Assembly: GCA_044226625.1 (NCBI GenBank)
Contig: JBGAGQ010000002.1
Span: 173,086 to 237,085, forward strand
Direction of reading: 5' to 3'
Source: Thermoanaerobaculia bacterium
GTDB lineage: Bacteria > Acidobacteriota > Thermoanaerobaculia > Multivoradales > UBA5704
Length of the DNA: 64,000 nt
Below are positions 21,718-30,714 of this stretch, in pieces. Positions within the stretch are counted from its first letter, which is position 1, and each line of letters begins with the position of its first letter. Below the pieces are notes generated by a model that searched no databases, was not told where the DNA came from, and saw nothing but the letters and a program-made list of their open reading frames with translations. The translations under genes were made by a program, and so were the position numbers.

Positions 21718-21836
21718 GCGACGACCCTCCAGAGGTTTTTTCGGCGGAACCGACGGCTGGACACGGGCACTCTACCCGCCTGGATCGAGTCGTTGCAAGC
21801 GAGGCCCTCGGTTCTCCGCCCGCCTCCCGGCTGGAG

Positions 21837-21857
21837 CAAAACGTCGCTACAATGCTG
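21837..21857 (+). promoter_or_regulatory. Conserved 21-bp upstream element containing TACAAT, copy 1
   Basis: CAAAACGTCGCTACAATGCTG; 20/21 identical to 27574-27594. Confidence 0.7.
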
Positions 21858-21864
21858 CTCGTCC

Positions 21865-23451
21865 ATGGAGATCACCGGCGGTAACGGCTCGACGATCGGC
21901 CTGGCCGGAGTTCGCCGCGAGGCCTCGCCGCGGCCGGGGCGCGCCGTTCCCGCTCTGACGATCCTGCATCACCCCGACCTGTCACGAGTAGGCGACATCG
22001 CCTTGCTCGACGAGCTCGCCCATGGCGCGGTGGCTCGGGTGTCGCGCCTCACCCCGGAGCTCGCGTCGCCGGGAAGCGCCTCGGGTCGGCCGCTCTCCGA
22101 CCGACATCTCTCCCGCGATCCCGTGGAGCTGTCGGCGGCCGCGGACGGCGGCGTACGCCTGGCCTGCGGCACCAGCCCGATCCGCATCGAAGCCGACGGC
22201 AAGGTCGTGCCGAAAGAGGCTCTCTTCTCCCGCGAACGGCTGGCGCGCGGCGTGGTTCTGGAGCTCGCCGAGCGGATCGTGCTGCTCCTGCATCACCGCA
22301 CCTCGGCGCCGACGCTCGAAACCGAGACCTTCGGCCTGGTCGGCGCGAGCGAGGGGATCTCCCGCGTTCGCACCGACATCCGCCAGGTGGCCGATCTCGA
22401 CGTTCCGGTCCTGATCCGCGGCGACACGGGGACGGGCAAGGAGCTCGTCGCCCACGCCGTCCACACCGCCAGCCGGCGGCGCGGCGGCCCGTTCCTCGGC
22501 GTCAACATCGGCTCGATCCCTTCTTCGCTCGCCGCCTCCGAGCTGTTCGGCGCGGTGCGGGGCGCCTTCACCGGAGCCGTCGAGCCGCGGGCCGGCTTTT
22601 TCCGCCGCGCCCATGGCGGCACGCTCTTTCTGGACGAGATCGGCGAGGTGAGCGGCGAGGTGCAGGCGATGCTCCTGCGCGTCCTGGAAACCGGCGAGCT
22701 CTACGCGGTGGGAAGCCAGGCGGCGCAGCAGGTGGACGTACGGGTGCTCGCCGCGACCGATTCGAACCTCGAAGCCCGCGCCCGGAGCGGCGACTTCCGC
22801 GCGCCGCTCCTCCACAGGCTCGGCGGTTATGTCATCTGGCTCCCCCCTCTCCCCGAGCGACGTGAGGACTTCGGCCGGCTGTTCCACCATTTCTTGTCCG
22901 ACGAGATCGCGCGGGTCGACGCCGAGAGCCGCCCTCCGGCCGAACGCATCCCCGCCTCGCTGGTGGCGCGCCTCGCCCGGCACGACTGGCCGGGTAACGT
23001 GCGTCAGCTCCGCAACGTCGCCCGACAGCTGGTCATCGCCAATCGCGGCCGCGATCGCATCGAGATCACCCCGGCGGTCGATCGCCTGCTCGCCGAGTCG
23101 CCGACTACCGGCTCCCGAGTAGCCGCCCGTCCGGTGGCGGTTCCCCGGAGACGGCGCAGCTCCGAGATCCCCGACGCCGAGGTCGAGGCGGCGGTACGAG
23201 CCCATCGGTTCGATCTCCAGGCGGCGGCCGTGTCGCTCGGCATCTCGCGTCCTTCCCTGTACGAACGGATCGCCGCCCATCCGACCCTGCGAACGGCGAG
23301 CGACCTTTCGACCACCGAGATTTCCGCCGCCTTCGAGGCCTGCGCCGGGGACTTGGAACGCCTGGTCGATCGTCTCGAGGTCTCCCCTCGGGCGCTCGGC
23401 CGCCGCTTGCGGGAGATGGGACTCCTCCCCCGCGGCGAAGGCGAGGCATGA
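21865..23451 (+). CDS. Sigma-54 enhancer-binding protein with N-terminal FHA-like domain and duplicated C-terminal HTH
   Basis: GDTGTGKE, ELFG..RGAFTGA, LFLDEIGE, WPGNVRQL; 'LSDRHLSRDP' FHA-like segment; no receiver domain. Confidence 0.9.
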   Translation: MEITGGNGSTIGLAGVRREASPRPGRAVPALTILHHPDLSRVGDIALLDELAHGAVARVSRLTPELASPGSASGRPLSDRHLSRDPVELSAAADGGVRLACGTSPIRIEADGKVVPKEALFSRERLARGVVLELAERIVLLLHHRTSAPTLETETFGLVGASEGISRVRTDIRQVADLDVPVLIRGDTGTGKELVAHAVHTASRRRGGPFLGVNIGSIPSSLAASELFGAVRGAFTGAVEPRAGFFRRAHGGTLFLDEIGEVSGEVQAMLLRVLETGELYAVGSQAAQQVDVRVLAATDSNLEARARSGDFRAPLLHRLGGYVIWLPPLPERREDFGRLFHHFLSDEIARVDAESRPPAERIPASLVARLARHDWPGNVRQLRNVARQLVIANRGRDRIEITPAVDRLLAESPTTGSRVAARPVAVPRRRRSSEIPDAEVEAAVRAHRFDLQAAAVSLGISRPSLYERIAAHPTLRTASDLSTTEISAAFEACAGDLERLVDRLEVSPRALGRRLREMGLLPRGEGEA

Positions 23452-26081
23452 CCGACGAAGGGCGCGAGGAGTCCGGCGGGTCCGAGGGTTCCCGGCCCGT
23501 CCCCGAAAGGATCGGTCCCTATCGGATCCTCTCGCGACTGGGCGCCGGCGGCATGGGCGAGGTCTTCCTCGCGCTCGACGAGCGGCTCGACCGGCGCGTG
23601 GCGCTCAAGAGGATCCGGACCGCCTCCGACGTCACGACCGAGCGGCGAGAGCGCTTCCGGCGCGAGGCGCGGCTCGCTGCCCGCTTGAACCATCCTTCGA
23701 TCGTCCAGATCTACGACGTGCTGTCCGACGGGGACGCCGAGGTGCTCGTCTTCGAATACGTCGAGGGAGCGACCCTTCGGCAGATCGTCGACCGCAGCCC
23801 CCTCGCCCCGGGCCGGGCCGCAGCGATCGGCCGCGACGTCGCCCTCGGGCTCGCCGAGGCGCACCGCCTGGGGATCGTCCACCGCGATCTGAAGACCGAA
23901 AACGTCCTGGTGACGCCGGCGGGCCGGGCGAAGGTCGCCGACTTCGGGGTCGCCAAAGGCGGGCTCGAGGGGGACGACCTGACCGCCACCGGCATGGTGG
24001 TCGGCACCACCCGCTCGATGTCTCCCGAGCAGGCGCGTGGCGAACCGGCCGATTTCCGCTCGGACCTGTTTTCGTTCGGCATCCTCCTCTATGAAGCGCT
24101 CGGCGGACGCTCGCCGTTCACCGGGGCGAACCCGCTTTCGACACTCCAGCGCGTCTTGCACGACGATCCTCCGCCGCTTCATCTGGCGGTCGCGGGGGTC
24201 CCCAAAGAGTTTTCGGAGCTCGTCCATCGGCTACTCGCCAAAGAGCCGCACCTGCGGCCCCGGAGCGCCTCGGAGGTTGCGTCCGCGCTCGGCGCCTGGG
24301 CCGACGAGTCGCTTCACCGCCTCGACGACGAGGAGACCGCGTTCGAAACACCGTCGTTGCGCGCCGCGGCGCTCCCTCCGCTCCCCTCCACAGGGACCAA
24401 GGAGCCGACCACGCCGCGGCGGTTTCGCGCCGCCCGCGGAGCGGTCGCCGTCGGCGCGGCCTTGCTGGGCCTCGGCGCCGCCGCGGCGATTTATTTCGCC
24501 GTGCGCTCCCCCACCCCTCCGCTCGAGATCGCCGTGCTGCTGCCGGAGATCGGCCCGGCCGGCCGAGGTCGGCCGGAGGTCGAGCTGATTGCCGCGGCCG
24601 TGCGCGACGCCGCGTTGCGCCAGCTGGGCGATCTCCGAGGGGTGGCCCCCAAAGCGCCCGAGGAGGTCGACGCCGTGCAGGGACCCGCGAGTGGGGTCGC
24701 CCGCGCGGTCGCCGCGCAGGAGCTGATCGCCTCTCGCCTCGACTGTCGGGCCGCTAGCTGCCGTCTGACCTTGCGGCGCATCCGCGGCGCCGACGGCGCG
24801 CTGCTCGACGCCGAGAGTCAGGATCTGCCGATCGAGGATCTCGCGCTCGCGAGCCACGCGGTCGAGAGTCTGGTGCTGCGCGCCTTCCCGGAGCGGCGGT
24901 CGCGCCGGGGCGGGAGCGAGCTCGGAGCGGGCAGCGAGGAGATCGCCGAGCTCCTCCACCTGCGCCAGGCGCTCGACGCGCCGACCGGCCCCGATCTTTC
25001 GGGCATCCTCGAGCGGATCGCCGCGCTGCGCGGCCGCGCTCCGCGATTTTTCGACGTGTATCTCCTGGAGACCGACGCCGAACGGCTCGCGTTCGTCCGC
25101 TCCCGCGAGCGCCGTCATCTGGAGGCCGCCTTCGCCCGGTTGGAGGAAGCCAAAACCCTCTCCCCCGACAGTCCGGAGCCGTTTCGGAGCGAGGTCTACG
25201 TGGCCCTGGCCGGGGGCGAGACCGATCGGGCGGCGCGCGCCCTGCGCGAATTCGCGGCGAGGAACCCCGGCGACCCGCGAGCCCTGGAGCTCGGCGCCTT
25301 GGTCGACAATGCGTCGGGGCGACCGCGGGAGGCGCTCGCGAAGTTGCGCGCCGCCGTGCGCGACTACCCGTCCCAACGCCGGCTGCGCAACCTGGCGAAC
25401 CTCGAGGCCCAGCAGGGCGAGATCGCCGCTGCCCGCGAGCATCTCGACCAGCTCCTCCGCGACGCGCCGGACGACGAACAGGGCCTGTCGGCCCTCGCGG
25501 GGCTCGAGCTGGGAAGCGGCGATCCGGCCCGCGCCGAGGCGCTCTACGCGCGGATCGTGCGGAGGTCCCCCCGCCTGGTGCCGCTCACCAATCTGGGGCT
25601 CGCCCGCATGCTCCTGGGTCGTCACGCCCAAGCGGCGGAGAGCTTCGAACGGGCCGCCCAGCTCGCCCCGTCCGATCCTCTCGTCGCCCTGAACCTCGCC
25701 GACGCGTGGGAGTTGCTCGGCCGCAAGCGCGAGGCCGCGGCGAAGTACTCCCAGGTGGTGGCCGCGATCACGGCAGATCCCGCCGCGACCGAGGCCCAAT
25801 ATCGCTCGACCCTCGCCCAAGCGCTCGCCCATCTCGGTCGGGGGCCGGAGGCGGTCGAGGCGATCCAGGACGCGCTGCGCACCGCCCCGAAGAACGCCCA
25901 GGTCGCCTACGAGGCGGCTCTCGTCTATAGCCTTCTGGGGGAGCGCTCCTCCGCGCTCACCAACGCCCGCCGCGCCATGGAGCTCGGTTGCGAGCCGCGC
26001 TGGTTCGGCTTTCCGTGGTTTGCCGACCTCCGAGCGCGCCCCGAGTTCGGCGCCCTGCTCGCCAAGGCGCCGAACGGCTGA
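23448..26081 (+). CDS. Membrane Ser/Thr (Hanks-type) kinase with C-terminal TPR region, paralog 1
   Basis: LGAGGMGEV, VALK, HRDLKTEN, DFG, MSPEQ; TM 'GAVAVGAALLGLGAAAAIYFAV'; TPR repeats; ATGA overlap with the activator gene. Confidence 0.93.
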   Translation: MTDEGREESGGSEGSRPVPERIGPYRILSRLGAGGMGEVFLALDERLDRRVALKRIRTASDVTTERRERFRREARLAARLNHPSIVQIYDVLSDGDAEVLVFEYVEGATLRQIVDRSPLAPGRAAAIGRDVALGLAEAHRLGIVHRDLKTENVLVTPAGRAKVADFGVAKGGLEGDDLTATGMVVGTTRSMSPEQARGEPADFRSDLFSFGILLYEALGGRSPFTGANPLSTLQRVLHDDPPPLHLAVAGVPKEFSELVHRLLAKEPHLRPRSASEVASALGAWADESLHRLDDEETAFETPSLRAAALPPLPSTGTKEPTTPRRFRAARGAVAVGAALLGLGAAAAIYFAVRSPTPPLEIAVLLPEIGPAGRGRPEVELIAAAVRDAALRQLGDLRGVAPKAPEEVDAVQGPASGVARAVAAQELIASRLDCRAASCRLTLRRIRGADGALLDAESQDLPIEDLALASHAVESLVLRAFPERRSRRGGSELGAGSEEIAELLHLRQALDAPTGPDLSGILERIAALRGRAPRFFDVYLLETDAERLAFVRSRERRHLEAAFARLEEAKTLSPDSPEPFRSEVYVALAGGETDRAARALREFAARNPGDPRALELGALVDNASGRPREALAKLRAAVRDYPSQRRLRNLANLEAQQGEIAAAREHLDQLLRDAPDDEQGLSALAGLELGSGDPARAEALYARIVRRSPRLVPLTNLGLARMLLGRHAQAAESFERAAQLAPSDPLVALNLADAWELLGRKREAAAKYSQVVAAITADPAATEAQYRSTLAQALAHLGRGPEAVEAIQDALRTAPKNAQVAYEAALVYSLLGERSSALTNARRAMELGCEPRWFGFPWFADLRARPEFGALLAKAPNG

Positions 26082-26095
26082 GAGAGGCGCCCCGG

Positions 26096-26881
26096 CTACT
26101 CGCCCTCCACTCCGGGCGGCTCGACCAGGATCGTCGGATCGTTCGGCGCTTTCAGCTTCTCGTCGACGGGGACGATCTTCAGCGGCACCGTGGCGGGCTT
26201 CATCCCGGCATCGACCGAAACCGTGAGCGTCACCGTGTTGCCGACCTGTGTTCTGGTGATGTAACTCGGCTGGCCTTGAGGAAACTCGATACCGGGCACC
26301 GCCAGCTCGAACTGGGCATCGAAGACCACCTGGTAGATGCCGAAGTCACCGATCAGCGCGTAGTAATCCGAAGAGAGCCCGCTGAGCTTCTGGTTGCCGT
26401 GGGAGTAGATGTAGTCGGTGGCGACCAGGCTGATGCCCACCTGCAGCGTGTTGGGATCGCTCGGAGCGTCGGAGGCGGTCAGGCCTGGTGGCTCGACCAA
26501 GATCGTGGGGTCGAGGATTTCGGTGCCACCTCCGGATGTCGTTGCCACCAGCGAGAACGAGGCGCGCTCCCCCACGGTCGCGTCGGTGGCGATCAGGAGC
26601 GTCACCTGGCTCGGGCTCTCGTTGCTGCCGTCCAGATAGATGCTGATCCCTTTGTGTTCCGAGTTGAAAACCACCGCCGGGCTCGCAAAGTTGAAGCCCT
26701 GGGCGTTGAACGTCAGGAAATAACGTCCGGGCTTGGCGATGTCGAGCCGTCGATGGTCCGTATTCCAGCTCAGGTTCGTGGCGGAGGTCGGTTGCGGCGT
26801 GAAGATCCTTTGGCCGTCCTTGGCGATCGAGACATCGACGGTGAGGCTGTTGGTTTGGTTCGGTCCGCCTAGATTCAGCAT
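26096..26881 (-). CDS. Two-domain hypothetical protein; each domain ends in DPTILVEPPG (DP-EP-like)
   Basis: Beta-rich 261 aa; motif present twice; RBS GAGGGAGG; no signal peptide seen. Confidence 0.8.
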   Translation of the reverse strand: MLNLGGPNQTNSLTVDVSIAKDGQRIFTPQPTSATNLSWNTDHRRLDIAKPGRYFLTFNAQGFNFASPAVVFNSEHKGISIYLDGSNESPSQVTLLIATDATVGERASFSLVATTSGGGTEILDPTILVEPPGLTASDAPSDPNTLQVGISLVATDYIYSHGNQKLSGLSSDYYALIGDFGIYQVVFDAQFELAVPGIEFPQGQPSYITRTQVGNTVTLTVSVDAGMKPATVPLKIVPVDEKLKAPNDPTILVEPPGVEGE

Positions 26882-26938
26882 GGTCCCTCCCTCGAGGCGT
26901 CGTCCGGCGCCCCGGCGTCAAGGCATTGAATGGTTGGT

Positions 26939-27325
26939 TCAGAAACGGGGCGGCTCGACCAGGATCGTCGGATCGGAGGTCGCGCCGTCGTCCCGATGCA
27001 CGAGGAATTCGACGACCTGCGGAAAGGCGACACCCTCGTACGGCGCGTCGATGGTGACGGTGAAAGATGCGTCGCGCTGCTCCCAGGTGACGTTTTTCGG
27101 CTGGCCGTGCGGAAAACCGATCGCGGGAACGGCGAGCTTGAAATCGGTCATGAAATTCAGGTCGAACGTGCCGTAGTCGGTGATGCGGCCGAAGCGGAGG
27201 CCGTCGCTGAAGGAGATGCCCGGAGACTCGTACTGGGTGGTGTAGACGAATCGGCCGGCGGGCGAGGTGTCGATCTGGACGTCCAGGATTCCACCGGTCG
27301 TTTCCACGATCAGAGGCATGGCCAT
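26939..27325 (-). CDS. Single-domain DP-EP-like protein ending in DPTILVEPPRF
   Basis: RBS AAGGAGG before ATG at 27325; clearly similar to domain 2 of 26096-26881 (FKLAVPAIGFPHGQP vs FELAVPGIEFPQGQP). Confidence 0.8.
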   Translation of the reverse strand: MAMPLIVETTGGILDVQIDTSPAGRFVYTTQYESPGISFSDGLRFGRITDYGTFDLNFMTDFKLAVPAIGFPHGQPKNVTWEQRDASFTVTIDAPYEGVAFPQVVEFLVHRDDGATSDPTILVEPPRF

Positions 27326-27424
27326 GGTGGTCCTCCTTGCGCTGGGCGCAGAAATCCGGTTCGCCGCGGAAGCCGCCCCGCTCGGTTGCCGTCGTACCGC
27401 TGAACCGTGATGCCCACCTCCCAC

Positions 27425-27440
27425 TACAAGGGGCGTGCCA
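27425..27440 (-). promoter_or_regulatory. Putative sigma-54 (-24/-12) promoter
   Basis: Minus strand TGGCACGCCCCTTGTA: TGGCAC-N5-TTG, with T instead of C at -12. Confidence 0.7.
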
Positions 27441-27492
27441 GGCATTCGACCCCGGCGGAACGCCCGACCCCGCCCCTCCCACCGCGCATCGT

Positions 27493-27524
27493 CGACGTGT
27501 CGGCGACGCGTCGTCGACGTGTCG
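27493..27524. promoter_or_regulatory. Three tandem CGAC-N2-GTCG palindromes, candidate enhancer (UAS)
   Basis: CGACGTGTCG-G-CGACGCGTCG-T-CGACGTGTCG with 11-bp period. Confidence 0.55.
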
Positions 27525-27573
27525 CGAGGCCCCGGAGGTCAAAAAACGGCAATCCGAACGCTCTGGAACCCGA

Positions 27574-27594
27574 CAAAATGTCGCTACAATGCTG
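27574..27594 (+). promoter_or_regulatory. Conserved 21-bp upstream element containing TACAAT, copy 2
   Basis: CAAAATGTCGCTACAATGCTG ending 11 nt before the ATG of kinase 2. Confidence 0.7.
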
Positions 27595-27605
27595 ACCGAC
27601 CCTGC

Positions 27606-30185
27606 ATGAATTTTCTCGGCGGAGAGCGGCTGGGACCCTACCTACTGGTCGAACGACTCGGTTCGGGCGGCATGGGAGAGGTCTTCCTGGCGATCGACGA
27701 ACGCCTCGATCGACGGGTTGCCTTGAAGCGCATCCACGCCGGACCGGGTGCCACGGCCGAGAGACGGGATCGGTTTCGGCGCGAAGCTCGGCTCGCCGCC
27801 CGGTTGAACCACCCGTCGATCGTCCAAATCTACGACGTCCTCTCCGACGGCGAGGACGAGATCCTGGTCCTCGAGTACGTCGAGGGGACCACGCTGCATC
27901 GCATGCTCCAAGGCGCGCCGCTTTCCCCCACCCGGGCGGCGGCGATCGGACGTGACGTCGCCCACGGCCTCGCCGAAGCGCATCGGCAAGGCATCGTCCA
28001 TCGCGATCTGAAAAGCGAGAACGTCCTGGTGACGCCCCTCGGGCGCGGGAAGATCTCCGACTTTGGAGTCGCCAAGCGGCAGATCGAGGACGACGGCCTC
28101 ACCGCGAGCGGAATCGTCATGGGCACGACCCGATCGATGTCGCCGGAACAGGCACGAGGTGAGCCGGTCGATTTCCGCTCGGACCTCTTCTCCCTGGGCA
28201 TTCTGCTCTACGAGGCGCTCGGAGGTCGTTCGCCGTTCGTCGGCGCAAACCCGCTGTCGACCGTTCAGCGCATCCTGAACTCTGAGCCGGAACCGCTCGC
28301 ACACCTCGAACCGGAGGTGCCCCGAGATCTGGCCGATCTCGTCCACCGCCTTCTCGCCAAGGAACCGCATCTGCGCCCGCGCAGCGCCGCGGAGGTCGCG
28401 GGCGTGCTCTCCGCCTGGGCCGACGGGCCGGACACCGGCGAGGAGTCGACGGTGGCCGAGCCCGCCGTTTCCCGGCTCAAGCGAACCCCGAAGACCGCGC
28501 CGTCCGAACCCGATCGACCCCGTCGCGGCGCGCGGCGCCTTCTGCTCCTCGGACCGCCGGCGCTCGTTCTCGCGATCGGCGCCGTGCTCTTCCTTCTCCT
28601 GCGGCCTCCCGCTCCGCCGCTCGAAGTCGCGATCCTCGCGCCGACGATTTCCGGCTCCGCGTCGGGGGAGGCGGTCGGCGCGGGATCGCTCCTCTCCGCC
28701 GGAGTCCGCGTGGCCGAGCTGCAGGTGATCTCCGGACTGTCGGGCGTCGCGGCCAAAGTCCCCGACGAGATCGACAAGGCGAAAGGAACCTTGCGGCAGA
28801 TCGCCCTGGCGCTCAATGCCGACGAGCTGATCGCGACCAAGCTGGTCTGCCGCGACCCTTCGTGCGTGGTCACCCTCGACCGAATTCGGGGCGAAGACGC
28901 GACGCTCATCGAGTCGGCGGCTCTCTCGGTTCCGTTCGACGATCCCCTCCTCGCGGCGCGCGCGGTCGCTTCGCGCATCCGCGCTTTCTATCCCGAGCGC
29001 CGAGCGCGAGACGGTGCCGGCGACCTTTCGATCTCGAGCCGCGATTTCGCGGAGTTCCTGCGCCTCTCCTCCCGGTTCCGCGCACGGCGTACGGCGGATC
29101 TCGGCACGTTGCTCGACCAGGCCGTCTTGCTCTCCTCCCGCTCGCCCCGGTTCGTCGAGGGGTGGCTGCTCGAATCGGAGATCGCTCGCCACCGCTTCCT
29201 GCAATCGCGCGACCCGGCCGATTTGGAGCGCTCGCTCGAAAGCAGCCGCCAAGCGCGAAACATCGCCCCGGGCGACCCGCGGCCGCTCGTGTTTCTGGTA
29301 TCCGCCGCCGCAGCGGGCGGCCGGCTCGAGATCGCGAGAGAGGCGCTGAGGGAGCTGGAACGGCTTTCGCCCGGAGATCCGATGGTGCTCGACCGTCGCG
29401 CGATCGTCGCCCAGGCGAGCGGCCGGCCCGACGAGGCGCTTCGGTTCGCCCGCGCCGAGGCGGCGATCCACCGCTCTGTCGCGACGTTGAGCAACCTCGC
29501 CTGGTACGAGGTGCAGCAGGGAGAGACCGCCGCGGCCCGGGCGACCCTCGAAGAGCTGCTCCGGCGTTCGCCCGACGACGCGGACGGGCTTTCGCAGCTC
29601 GCCTACCTGGAGCTCTCGACCGGCGATCCCGCCCGGGCCGAAAAGCTCTATGCCCGGCTCGTGCGGCAGGCGCCGCGCTTCGCCCCGATCACCAACCTCG
29701 GCCTGTCGCGGATGGTCCTCGGTCGCTACGGCGAAGCGGTCGAGGCACTCACCCGCGCCGCGGCGCTCGAACCGGCCAATCCCGTCGCGCGCTTGAACCT
29801 CGCCGACGCGCGGCTCCTGCTCGGAAAGACCGCCGAAGCCGAGGCGGACTATCGCGCCGTGCTCACCCAGTTGGCGAAAGATCCCGCGACCGCGACGACG
29901 CCGCAATGGCTCACCATCCGCGGCCAGGCGTTAGCCCACCTCCATCGCGGCGCCGAGGCGGTCGCCTCGGTCCAGGAGGCTCTCCGGCTCGCGCCGAAGA
30001 GCCCCCAGGTCGCCTTCGAGGCCGCTCTCGTCTACACCCTCTCGGGCGAGCGCCTTTCCGCTCTCGCCGCCGCCTCGCGCGCCCGCGAGCTCGGCCTCGA
30101 ACCCGGCTGGTTCCGCTTCCCCTGGTTCGATCCGATCCGCGCGGAGCCCGTGTTCCAAAAGCTCTCGAGAGCGGGCAGGCCCTAG
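27606..30185 (+). CDS. Membrane Ser/Thr kinase with TPR region, paralog 2
   Basis: LGSGGMGEV, HRDLKSEN, DFG, GTTRSMSPEQ; TM; collinear with paralog 1 along its whole length. Confidence 0.93.
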   Translation: MNFLGGERLGPYLLVERLGSGGMGEVFLAIDERLDRRVALKRIHAGPGATAERRDRFRREARLAARLNHPSIVQIYDVLSDGEDEILVLEYVEGTTLHRMLQGAPLSPTRAAAIGRDVAHGLAEAHRQGIVHRDLKSENVLVTPLGRGKISDFGVAKRQIEDDGLTASGIVMGTTRSMSPEQARGEPVDFRSDLFSLGILLYEALGGRSPFVGANPLSTVQRILNSEPEPLAHLEPEVPRDLADLVHRLLAKEPHLRPRSAAEVAGVLSAWADGPDTGEESTVAEPAVSRLKRTPKTAPSEPDRPRRGARRLLLLGPPALVLAIGAVLFLLLRPPAPPLEVAILAPTISGSASGEAVGAGSLLSAGVRVAELQVISGLSGVAAKVPDEIDKAKGTLRQIALALNADELIATKLVCRDPSCVVTLDRIRGEDATLIESAALSVPFDDPLLAARAVASRIRAFYPERRARDGAGDLSISSRDFAEFLRLSSRFRARRTADLGTLLDQAVLLSSRSPRFVEGWLLESEIARHRFLQSRDPADLERSLESSRQARNIAPGDPRPLVFLVSAAAAGGRLEIAREALRELERLSPGDPMVLDRRAIVAQASGRPDEALRFARAEAAIHRSVATLSNLAWYEVQQGETAAARATLEELLRRSPDDADGLSQLAYLELSTGDPARAEKLYARLVRQAPRFAPITNLGLSRMVLGRYGEAVEALTRAAALEPANPVARLNLADARLLLGKTAEAEADYRAVLTQLAKDPATATTPQWLTIRGQALAHLHRGAEAVASVQEALRLAPKSPQVAFEAALVYTLSGERLSALAAASRARELGLEPGWFRFPWFDPIRAEPVFQKLSRAGRP

Positions 30186-30620
30186 CTATCGGGGATTCTT
30201 TGGGTCGAAGTTGCCCCCGGTGCCGCCCGGCGGATCGATCGCGATCGAGGGATCGTGCGATCCGAGGCTGGTTTGGATCGTCGTTGAGATCGACGCCGGG
30301 AGCTGAGCCAACGCCTTGTTGACCGTGACCGTCAATTCGAAACTCGGTGCTCCTTCTTCAATATCCGGGGGAAGGGACAACGTGATGCCGTCGAACGCGC
30401 CCGGAGTGAACGTGATCGGGGGATTGTTGAAGGTCATCAATGCCAACGAGCTCTCGAAGGTCAATAGGAACGTGTCGATTTCGTTGTCCGGGAGCTGAGG
30501 CGCGGTCTTCAGGGTGATCGTCGCGCTGCCAGGCACGATCAGGCCTACGTTCGGGTTGGGCACGACCGCGGTGACCACGGGTACAGGAGAAACGGTCAAG
30601 GTGGCTGAGAATTCGGACAT
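30186..30620 (-). CDS. DP-EP-like protein with DPSIAIDPPGG near the C-terminus
   Basis: Beta-rich 144 aa; RBS GGAGGG; abuts the kinase 2 stop tail-to-tail. Confidence 0.75.
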   Translation of the reverse strand: MSEFSATLTVSPVPVVTAVVPNPNVGLIVPGSATITLKTAPQLPDNEIDTFLLTFESSLALMTFNNPPITFTPGAFDGITLSLPPDIEEGAPSFELTVTVNKALAQLPASISTTIQTSLGSHDPSIAIDPPGGTGGNFDPKNPR

Positions 30621-30699
30621 GGAAGTCCCTCCGATCGGCACGGTCGATACCAGCCGAAATTTGAGCCTCGGTCATTTCCGTGGGCTGCATCGACTGATG

Positions 30700-30714
30700 G
30701 CAACCGACATGCCA
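30700..30714 (-). promoter_or_regulatory. Sigma-54 (-24/-12) promoter
   Basis: Minus strand TGGCATGTCGGTTGC: TGGCA-N6-TTGC with exact GG-N10-GC spacing. Confidence 0.8.

Noticed and set aside
21781-21797. Sigma-54 promoter TGGATCGAGTCGTTGCA upstream of the activator
   Set aside because: Spacing is GG-N11-GC, not the required N10.
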